This document shows positions 35,501-45,900 of a DNA stretch of 64,000 nt, piece by piece. Each line of letters opens with the position of its first letter. Position 1 is the stretch's first letter. Below the pieces are notes generated by a model. That model did not search any database. It saw only the letters and a program-made list of their open reading frames with translations, and was not told where the DNA came from. This stretch comes from Klebsormidium nitens (taxonomy: Eukaryota; Plantae; Klebsormidiophyceae). The stretch lies in the NCBI GenBank assembly GCA_000708835.1, contig DF236976.1, forward strand, positions 1 to 64,000, written 5' to 3'. The position numbers and the translations under genes are program-made.

Positions 35501-35623
35501 TACAGCGTTCTGGAGTAGCAAGAGCTCCTGAGGTTTCCTCGTTGTGCCATAGAAGGCTAGAAGAACGGCCCCGACCACGATCACCAGGGCCGTCGCCGCC
35601 CAACGAGAGCCGAATTTATTCAT
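29599..35623 (-). CDS. Double-domain FUT8/GT23-like glycosyltransferase, type II membrane protein (~1052 aa, 7 exons); 'GT-AB'
   Basis: Exons 35623-35269, 34632-34327, 33977-33631, 33255-32136, 31692-31327, 30615-30420, 30067-29599 total 3159 nt, open frame. N-terminal TM anchor. Domain A: QFPENCSSTKWL..GLEMRTG..FVITDS..LSDYAIISSRSNVGR. Domain B: QFPEDCENARWL..VHVRRTD..FLFTD..ADYAVF..SLDTGWYYEW*. Confidence 0.85.
30670..31053. mobile_element. Degenerate MITE/foldback insertion in intron 5 of the double-domain GT gene
   Basis: GACAGAACCCATGGAAGGGGAACGTGGGCTCCA (30672-30704) matches the reverse complement of 31019-31051 at 29/33. Similarity continues inward into a GGGGGTCCAGAATGAAAA unit that is doubled at the right end. 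No clean target-site duplication. Confidence 0.55.
32056..32105 (+). repeat. (TGAC)n tetranucleotide microsatellite near the 5' end of intron 4 of the double-domain GT gene
   Basis: About 12 imperfect TGAC units are directly visible. Confidence 0.9.
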
Positions 35624-36561
35624 GCCACTGTGCACATGCACCCAAGCAAACAACTACTGCATTGTTCTCAGGCAATCAAGCACACACATGCAGCTTGCAG
35701 CCACTATCAAAGCCATCAACGACTTTTTGTCGAATCTGCCCTTCCAACCAGTTTCTTTATTCTGATATTAAGCAGAGAAGCGGCGGCCTGAAGCCTGAAG
35801 CCTACTACCGCAGGTGTTGAGGAGAAGAAAATGGCAAGAAGTCGACATCAGCAAGCCTCTGGCCAGTGGCAAGGAATCACGACTCACCCGATCCGATCAT
35901 TTAAACTTGAAGTGCAATTTAGTGGTGCGACGGAAGTTAGAAACCCCGAGCTCGCCGTCGCCTCTAGTTCGCTTTCAGGGCACAATGGGGCACATCGAAC
36001 GGTTTGGCGTCTCATCGGACGGTGCCAATCCTCCCCAGTTTCCTGCGCGCTTAAATCCAGGCAGTAGCTGGGGATACCGAAATTCTGCCCATGCTGCTCA
36101 ACTCATTCCTGATGCATAATGCATTTTGAATTTGGCTTCAACATTGCACGCGCTGAGCGCTGGCACTGGCAGCACGCTTGCGTGAACAGCACAGCCCAGC
36201 GCGGCCCAGCTAAACGTGCTTGCAATCTCTTCGGAAGTCAGATTTCAGAAGATAGAACTTAGAAGACATACGCATGGTTCAGGCAGCCGCATGAATGACG
36301 AACACAAACTTGGCATACCGGGCGGCGGGTACCCTCCAGCGTCAGAAGGCTGACATATCTGGCTGGATGGGGGCTGGATGTCCGAGCTTTCTTAGAGAAT
36401 AGTGTGATAAACAGGGCCTTTCCTCCAAAAATATCGAGGCCCATCAACACATTGACGCGACTTTGTCATAAGTTGTCCTGAGGATCCATAACCTTAAAGA
36501 TCTTGGGATTTGAGCGCAATTGGGATGCCAAGCATTCAGCAGCTCGCTGGCAATTGTCAGC

Positions 36562-38736
36562 ATGAACAGCCTGGGCCCACGGCAGCAATCAGTCGTCATT
36601 GTTGCGGTCACGGTGGTGCTGCTGGGCTTGACACTCGCGCTCACCTTCTCAGACTCCATCAAAGGGTACCGAGTACTAGACAGGCTAAAGCGGGCTGAGA
36701 TTGCTGGACTACTGGACCGGGTCTCAGTTCTTTCAGGCAATGCGGCAGATCGACCCACCCGTTCAGCTGATTCCAGTCTGATTGGGAGCGAAAATGATGA
36801 CCTTAAGTATGCAGAAGCTCCTGCAGCTCTGGACTACTCGTGGCTCAAGCGCCTGCCAGAGAAAGTGCCAATCGACCTAACCACACTCCAGGATGGTTCA
36901 ATTAGTTGGACCCAGGAGGCGGAGGATACAATCATTGCGGAGATCGAGAGGGTGCAGTTTCCGACTTCGTGCAGCAAAGCAAAATGGCTGGCGGTGCCGA
37001 TGCACATGGGAGGTAGGTGCTCGCAACTACAGCTCAACCCTACACCTTTCTTGCTTTTGTATGTTCGCAAGGGCAAACGTTTTGGGCGTTCCGTGCTGCT
37101 CCTTGGTGGTACATGCCAGAACTTTGGTGACGGAAAGTCAATCCAACTTTGATATGAGTTGCTGCTCTCCCTTTGCAGGCCTCTTGTCGGACGTGCACCA
37201 GTTCCAGGCCTCTCTTCTGTTCGGTGTCAGCTTTGGCTACACAGTCGTCCCCCTCCCCAACTCGCACCTTGTCGCTTTCGCCGGCTGCACCGAAAAAAGT
37301 CTCCACTGCTTCTTCCAGCCCTACACAAACTGCTCGTTCTACGATAGCCCCCATCACGTGGCTTTCTACAAGGAAGCGTCCATTGGGGCTCCGCGGTACC
37401 CGGCGGGGGCCCGGAGGGGCGCGTTTGCGGAGCGAAACCTCCCGGCAAAGATGGCAAGCGGGGCACTCGGCGACCTGGTTGCGGTGCCCATCTGGCCACG
37501 TGAGCTACGAACGAGTCAGCTTATCTGACTTCAAGCCATGCTAAGAATAACATGAAGCCGTCAGCTGACTGGTAAAATTAGTGGAGCATCTCAGTGTTCT
37601 TCACAAGCATGTTTAGCCGTTTTGGGTGGCCCCGGACTTTGCATCAAGGCGGGACTTAGCGCACTATTGGCTTTGGACGCGGATACTGCCTTCATTTCTT
37701 GATGTCAACAGGTCAACCATTTGATCACTTCACATGTAAAACTTCTGGCATTTCGGCCGCTCAGAGGCAATCGCTTGAGATCCAGCAGATGGTACGAATG
37801 CAATTGGTACCGTCGTGAAAAGCTGATCATCATTACTTTGCAGCAACTGGCTCATCAATATGTTGTGTTGTACAAATCCTGAGATCGAGTAGCTCGAAGT
37901 ACACCTTAACAAGAGCAACAAAATGTTAAAACCTGGAGTGTCTGACACCGTATCAAGCGTCAAGAATCTTGCAAGGGCTCCGATCTTCTTCCACCAACAT
38001 AAAACATTCATCCCACTCGTTTGCAGACTATCGCGGAGCGCCGTGCAATGTGAAGTGGTTCGACGCGCTGTTTGAGCGCCTTCGCGCCAGTGGCAGCATC
38101 CAGATCCACGGTCAAGAGAGTTACGCGCATAAGGAGTTCATGCTGTACAGCGTCCTTTCGAAATGGACCATGCGTCCAATAAAGCGGATAGAACACCTGG
38201 CAAACAGATTAGCAGCCGAGTTTCCGGACGTCCGAGGCCCGGTGCTGGGTTTGCACGTCCGGCAAACGGACAAGACTAAAGAGGATCCCTTCTACGTGGC
38301 AAACGGGCGGTATCGGACAGCAGATGAGCTGTTTGAGGGGGTCAAGCAGCTTGCGGACGCCCGAACACCCCGGTGGAAGTCCGCCTTTCTAATGTCCGAC
38401 TCCCAAGCGTTCCTCAATGCGGTTGTGGCCAACCCGGGCTCTTTGCACCTGGGTCCCGACGTGGACATTCTTTACAACCGGTTGCTGAACCGGTCAGTGA
38501 TGGAGACCGGGGGCCACAACCTGGTGCGGGGGCGGGAGGCGACAGAGCAGACAGACCACTTCGTAGCCGGGCTGTATGTGATGTCAAAGATGGCGGACTA
38601 TGCGATAGCGACGTTCTCGTCGAACGTGGGCAGGGCGATAGTGGAACTGCTGGCAGCGGAGCGCCGCGTCACGCAGGTCAGTCAGGTCGGGCCGCTCGCG
38701 GACGGAGTGGACGAAGCCTGGGGAACGAATCTTTGA
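36562..38736 (+). CDS. FUT8/GT23-like glycosyltransferase, subtype A, type II membrane protein (~493 aa, 3 exons); 'GT-A'
   Basis: Exons 36562-37012, 37179-37499, 38027-38736 total 1482 nt. TM anchor VVIVAVTVVLLGLTLALTF. QFPTSCSKAKWL and FUT8-like motifs I LGLHVRQTDK, II AFLMSDS and III ADYAIATFSSNVGR. Confidence 0.88.
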
Positions 38737-39428
38737 GTCGATGTACTTGCAGTCAAATCGGATGGAGTGCTAGAATTGTATGGGGCGGCACGCATCAAGT
38801 GTACGGCACAAAACGAGTTCATTACTTCACGTCCAAAAGTGATAGTGTTCTTTGTCCGAGTACGTTTCTTGTTCCCGGATCTCGGGCTGTGCGGGAGCTC
38901 TGATGAATTAAGCACACCATGTTCAGAATGGATGATCATGGTTGGTATGATGACGTACATACTTAATCAAGGCGTCCAAGAACGGCCCGTCCTTGATCTA
39001 GCATCAAAACGCCCTTCTCATACCCCAACCAAAGCCTTCTTCATATACACCGAGCGTCTAATTCAAACGCCGGGCCCATTGCGGCCCACCCGCCGACATG
39101 TGCCATGGTACGCCTTCATGGTATAGTCATGCGACATAAGAGGCAAAGTCCGCGATGCAGATATGGCGGCCATGTCAAAAGTTTCGAGGATTTGCATGGC
39201 TGCCGCGATGTGCTCACAGGCTGACTCCACATGGTTAATCTGCGCTGCAAGAGCTGGTCATGCTGCTGCACCAGCCGCGCCCAAAGGATTGCAGAAGCAG
39301 ATACACAGGCATGGAGACAGCTTGGGGGAGCACGTTCGCTCCACGAGCCTGCAACGAGCTGGATTGTGACTACCGTGTTCAATCCAAGACAAATGTAACA
39401 CTGTAACCGTCATTAATCAGATACACAG

Positions 39429-42308
39429 TCACCAGTCGTAGAACCAGTCTACATCTAAGGATTTCGTGAACGGGGACGCGGGCTGGGGATAAGCTATTCG
39501 TCTCCTCCCGGCCATCACTTCCGCCATTATTCTCCCAACCGACGACCCCATCGTCATGACAATGTACTCGCTGTTCTCAAGGGCGACCTCCATGGCCGCA
39601 ACTAAATGCTCCACAATCTGGTTCTTCTGCTCGCACCCCAGCCGTTCGTGGCTCCAATTCGCCTCTATCGGACTAAGATCCAAAAAGTCGTCGACAATCA
39701 ATTCCGCACTTTTGTCGTTCAACCCCAGCATACCGAGGCCCGTGTTAGGAAGTTCCTTCATCAGTTTGGCCGAGTCCGAGAAAACGAAGACAGTCCGGAC
39801 GTCGGAGCCTGTCGCCTCGGCATACTCGGCGACAGCCGCTCCGTAGTCTGTCAACGGCCGATACTCGTGGTGCTCTCGCCAGTACGGGTCCTGCAAGGGC
39901 GAGAGAGAGTTGGTTCCTTGGAGAAGCACGCAGAGAGGCCAAACAGCGGAGAGTCTACATTCAAATGAAAAGATCATCGGCGAAGGCCAAGAACTTTTTC
40001 ACAATCGCCGCCGCCTCATTCCGTCCTTCTGCAGTAAGAGGCCGGATTTTCAGACCATGACAAGGCTGCTTGTCAGCGGAAGGGTTGAATCTACCAGTAA
40101 CGGCTACTCGATAGCTCAACTCAGAAACGCCTGCCCTTCCGTTCCAACAACCGGTTTTCTGTGGATTTGTGGGCGATCGAAAGCAGGACCCAGTACAGGA
40201 CAAGCTGAAATTGAGATGGCCAAGGTCCCTCACGAAGCTCTTGCCCTCATTCTAGTGGACAAAGAGCGAGCCTTCAAGATCACGTCTCTTGATAATCTAT
40301 CGGTAACCAAATTCGTTTCTTCAATTTTGGATCCTTCTTATGCAGCTCAAAATCCAATAAAAGTGGATTCATTTCATTTTCACTAGCTTCACAAAGACAG
40401 CCTTTGATATAATGCCACGTCCGTATTTGGGTGGATTGAAAGAACTATCAAGCCACCATGGTGAGTATCCATTGCCAGTCCTGACGTTTGTTGTCGGCAC
40501 GTCAAATGAACACCCCCGCCAGGCGACTGCCCCTGTCAACCCGCCAACTTCGAGCAACGCAATCGCCGCCTCACCTCGACCTCCTTATCGGTTCGCCGGA
40601 TGTGCACCGACACGAGCGGCTTCTGCGCCTCGTGGTTGCACAGGATGGTCCGCGAGATGCGCTGCACGCGCTTCGTGGGGCGCCACATCCAATTGAGCAC
40701 GTTCGCCCACAGCATCATCTGCTGCGTCTGCATGCTCACTTCGCTGAAAGGACCGTCCCCAACGACGCTCACGCTTCCTGCAAAGTTTCAGCGCAGGTGG
40801 TTACGGGAAAGAATGAAGAGCCAAGGCTCTGCTTATTATCTGGGTTGTCAGTGGCAAGAGAATCATTTGTAGAGTGTTCGTCTCGGGTTTGTCTCAACAA
40901 GAATCCTGGTTGACATAACCAGTGCTTTGAAGCCAGCGAACTCCGGGATGTGGGTAACATCTCCCTTCTTCGGGCTCTGTATTCAATCGTCATATTATCT
41001 CCGTCCCTTAGAGATGTCTCATGCTCCACCAGAAAAGATGGGAGTCGAAGGTCGTTGCATTTCTTCATCAGCACAACCAACTTACAATCTTGCTCCTACA
41101 TGCTACCTCTGGATTACGAGATCTGTAACGTTCGAACGATTGGCAAGAGAACTTACCCGAATCGACGAGCTGTTCCCAGAGGCGCTCCCACCAGCCCTCC
41201 GCCTGCCACCGTTCCCACCGCTCCCAGGACCACCCCCTCGGCCGCGGCACCGTATCCGTCAGCCGGATCACATCCAACTCCTCCAGGTCCTCCTCCGGAT
41301 TCAGTATCTGGCGCCAGTCCATTGCCGCCTGGGGCATCTGGTATGCCGCTCGCTTCTCAGGATTCGTTGCAAAGGAGCAGTGCGTGTGGGGCTCAAAGAG
41401 GGTAGTGATGGAGGCGGGGACGCAGCCATCTTGGCGAGGGTCGGGGGGCTCTTCGTTGATGACGAGGGTGCGGTTGAGGGAGAGCGACATGAGCAGTGTG
41501 AGAACGTACGTGTGCGTCGACGAGCCCAGACCTGCAGGGCGGAGCAAGATGATAAGGTCGCAAGTTGTTATTGTGCATCCGGCCCCTTGCCATAGCTCGA
41601 GGCGACACTGTGCAGAGCTGAAAGTCGAACATGATGTGTTGTCACCCAAACACGGGCCTTACAAGGTCCTGAGTAAATATGGTGCCCAGCTCTAAACGGG
41701 CTATTCTGCAGACAAACTGAATGGAGGAGACTACCAAAGCTTCACCACACCCACGCGAGAAGATTCTGGTGCATTTCTTGTCCAGACTCACCATGCCGGT
41801 GGGGGTCAATCACGAGCCACTTCTCCGCACCACAGTCCGCCGGGAATTGGCGCTCAAGGACGACATTGAGCAAAAAGTCTTCTGCTTCTGCAGACCAAGT
41901 CAGCGTGCCATTTTCCAGCCCCAGCTTTGGCTGAAACCCTGATCCAAGCTCTTCCTCAATAATCCTGGATGACCTGATTCCAGCATGGAATCCGGAGTCT
42001 TCCACAGGTGCCTCTGGCTCTGCACTCCATGGAAGGGAGTATTTTCTTCGAACCCTTGGCGCCCTCTTCTTGACTGGTTCGCTTTGCCTGCCAGTGACAG
42101 CAGCCAACGACTGCGCCAACGTTGCCCCGATCGAGGGGGTCTGTGCCGCTCGAGAGCTGGCACGTCTTACGAGCTCGATGCCCTCACCAGTCACATGCAC
42201 TTCCCACTTAGATACCTCAAGAACGAGGGTCACAGCCAGAAAGAGCCCACCAAAAATGTACAAGCAGCCCTTCCAGGACCATATTGCTGTGGGCATCGCT
42301 TTCGCCAT
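39429..42308 (-). CDS. FUT8/GT23-like glycosyltransferase, subtype B, type II membrane protein (~518 aa, 4 exons); 'GT-B'
   Basis: Exons 42308-41792, 41531-41157, 40777-40575, 39890-39429 total 1557 nt. TM anchor CLYIFGGLFLAVTLVL. QFPADCGAEKWL..GLGSSTH, motif I VSVHIRRTDK, II VFVFSDS, III SEYIVMTMGSSVGR, ending SLDVDWFYDW*. Confidence 0.88.
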
Positions 42309-42988
42309 CGAACCCTAATGGCGCCCTAGCTAACCTAGAACTTAGAGAAGTCAGAGCAAGAAGTTTTGTGTCTTGCTGATGGCGTTGCTTGCACTCCAAG
42401 CTGATGTGTTCGGCTTTGCGAGAAGGACTCGACGGTACAGCAAAAGGATTGACACAGGTTCGATGAGAGAGTGGGTGGTGTCAGCTCATACCGCATAAGC
42501 GCTGCGGATAGGAATCACACACTCAGCCTTTTTGTCAGCGAGTGTCTGAAGCGATGCAAGGGCGTGGATCGACCAGAAGCAATGTTGATCGCTTGCTTCA
42601 TCAACATGGTGGAAAACCCCCGGCCTGCAAACTTCGAACTTAGAAGGTGGCAAAGATTGGTCCTGGAGCCTGGGAGACGGCGTGATGCCATTGATGGTGA
42701 CCCGTCACGGTGGAGAACACATGAATGGAGCCAAACGTGGAAGGCTACAGGACGTCAAGGGCTTTTGTAATGCCATCAATCGGAATTTGAAACACAATTG
42801 TAAGAGCGGTGCCAAGCTTTGAAGCAGATGGCAATGAGAGAACAGGCCTCTGCTAGGGGCCTACTTCGCAAATCGTTTTGAAAGGTATTGATTGGTGACT
42901 GAGTGCTACAGCCTCAGCATTCTGCCTGCTGTTCAACAGATGATCGCTGTTGAAGGTTGATTCACAGAGCTCTGTTGAGTGTTCGACA

Positions 42989-45900
42989 ATGGACGAGGGA
43001 AAGTTGCCGGGTACAATGTCTCCAGAGGCCAGGGTATCTGCTGCAAAGGATAAGTCAGGCAGCAAAGGTAGCAAATCTCCAACCAAGGTTGGGAGCCCAA
43101 AAGCAAGTCCTGCTCAAGCGAAGAAGGTTTCACAAGATGCTCATGTGAAGACAGGAGCCGATGAAAGCACCTTTCAGGATCGCTGTCAGGTGCTTGAGGA
43201 GCATCTAACAAAAGAGAGGCTGGCAAAGGCTCAGGTGAGTTGCCTGCATGGGGGTTTCCCTCTTACGGACCAATTCATGGGCATGGTTCACCTAGATCAC
43301 TTAGGTTTCAATCCTTCGATGATAGATTAGGAAGGTCCCTGGATGTTGGGCCAGTGTTGAAGGGTTTCTTTCCAGGTTGCATCCTGCGAGTATCTTATGA
43401 GAGTCTAGAAAAAGCAGCAATTGCATCAGAAGTAGGTAAGTGGCTTCAACCAGACACTCCAATCAAGACGTGGCGCATGCTTCTGTCAGATGAAAGGTTG
43501 ACAATTCCGTTGCTGACCTATGAATCTGTATCCTTAGTTGGTTGAGCAAAGGAAGGAGAAGGACGCCACCATTGCAAAACTGGAGGCGGCTGAGAAGAAA
43601 GCAATTGGAAAATGGGAGGAGGAGAAACGCCGAGCAGAGAATGCTGCGGAGAGGGAGCGGAAAGCAAAGCAGGAGCATGATGAGATGAAGGTGGGTTCGT
43701 AAATTTATTGTAGATACATTCGAGAAGTGGCGCAGGATGTGATTCCCTGAAAGGTGGTACTTTTATCTCCTGAGTCCTGAGCCATGTTGGATGTGGTTGA
43801 TGCCTCTTGTGGTGAAATTGTGAATGCTGTCTAGATGTGGAGATGTTTTGAAAGCTGTGACTGCTCAATTCCTTTAGGCAGCCTTGCTCTGACCGGTTCA
43901 GACTGAGGGCTCCAAATGGTTTGGTGCTTGTGCTCACCTCTGACAGTCTTTGGCGTTGGCACATGCTATCATCTAATTGCTTTCTGATCAGCATTACAGC
44001 TTCCCCCCAAGCGAGTGCATGAATCTTACGAGATTTTCTTCAATGCGCAGGGGAAAATCAGTGAGTACGATGCAAAGATAAAGCAGGTCCAGGAAGATGC
44101 AGAGCAAGAGAGGGAGGCGTTGAAAAAGGCGCTCTTGGAGGAGAGGCTTGCCAAGGAAAAGCTTGAAGCAGTAAGGGATGCTGGAATCGAGAAGGACCAG
44201 AAGGGAAGCGCGGAAGTCGAAGCACTGGTTGCGAAGATTCGGACTTTGGAGTCTGCAAATGCAGACCTGGTGCAAGAGCTACGGAAAGGTCTTGAGGGGA
44301 GCGATCAGGGCAAGGATGTTTCAGGAGCAGTGTCTGGAGAGGTGGAAAGGGTCAGGGAAGAGCTGGAGAGAAAGTTTGCGGGGGACAAGGGACACTGGGA
44401 AGAAAAGGCGAAGAAACAGAGGGAAGTGAGCAACAATGTGATTAGGAAGCTGAGTTCAGAGAAAGAGGCAGAAGCGCAGCGTGCCGAGGTGGCCCAGAAG
44501 CGTGTTGAGGAACTAGAGAAGGAGAACAAGAAGCTGGTGCATGACAACAAGAAACTGCACACCAAGAGTGCGGAAGCCGCCGGCATGGAGTCATCGCTGA
44601 CGTTGACATCAGCAGCATTGGATGCCAGACTGGACAAGGCAGAGGCAAAGAACAGAGCCCTTGTGAAGGAGAGGGAGGAGTTGCTCCAGAAGGTGTCAAG
44701 TCTTGAGAAAGTCAGTCAGGAGATGGAACAGGGGCTGGCGGAGGAGAGGAGTGGAAAGGCGGCTGCTTTGCGAGAGAAGCAAGAGGCTTTTGAGAAGCTG
44801 GTTAACGTGGAGAAACGCCTGGTGGAGCGCGAAAGCGAAATGAAGAAGCTGCGGGCCAAGGGTGCGGAGGCGGCCGCTATGGAGTCGACGCTGACTCTGA
44901 CATCAGCGGCCTTGGATGCCGGCCTCGAAAAGGCAGATGCCAAGAACAGGGCGCTTCTCAAGGAGAAGGACGAGTTGCTTGAGAAGTTGTCGGGTCTGAA
45001 GCAAGCCAGGGCAGAGGCGGAGGAGAGGCTGGCTGACGAGCGGAATGGAAAGGTGGCTGCTTTGAAGGAGAAGGATGATGCGCTCGGGAAGCTGGCTGAG
45101 GTTGAGACACGTCTGGTGGAGTGCGCGAGGGAACTCGAACGGGTCAGTATCGAAAACGGGGAGCTCAAGGACTCCACAGAGAAAATGTCAGCGGAAGTAG
45201 GGGAGTTAAAGGCAGAGCGGACTGCCAGGGAGGAGCGAAACGCGTTGCTTGTCAAGTCGCAAGACTCGCTCCAGGCTGAGCGACAACGGCTGGAAGCAGA
45301 GGTTGGAGAGCTTAGGGAATCAGTGGTGGCTCTAACGACAGAGATAGAGACCTTGAGGCGAGAGAATGTCAGCGCGCTCGAGCAGAGCACCAGCCTGGGA
45401 AAGGCGAAAGAAGCTGTAGAGGCTGAAAAGGAACAGTTGCGAGAAGAGGTAAAGGGGCTAGCGCTGGAGCAGAAGAAGTTGACGGCGCAGCTACAAGTGC
45501 TGAAAGAGGAGAAACAAGTGGTGGTGGAGCAGGGGACACGGCATGCCAAGATGAAGGAGGCGCTTGAGGTGGAGAAGGAGCAACTAGGGGCGGAACTGGC
45601 GCAACTGCTGGAGAGGATGCAAGGGCCGAAGCCGCAGGGCGGGCGTAAGCAGGAGGCGCGTGAGGCGCTCAAGAGCGTGGCAGCAAAGGTGGATGAGATT
45701 CATGAGAAGGTAAGAGGGGTCTGCCTTCTCATGACGTACTTGTTTTTTCTAGGATGTCAGTCATGCCAGTCCGAGGAACCATTCTATAGTCATGCGAATA
45801 GGTAGCGAGAAACGTTGTTGCCAGGCCCTATCAATGCTTTGAAAAGACAATCCGAGATTTTCGAGCCTTTGTTGGAGTTACAACTTCCTGGAAGGCCATC

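Noticed and set aside
39910-40386. 158-aa and 90-aa ORFs inside intron 3 of GT-B
   Set aside because: No motif was recognised, and they overlap on opposite strands, which is consistent with chance ORFs.
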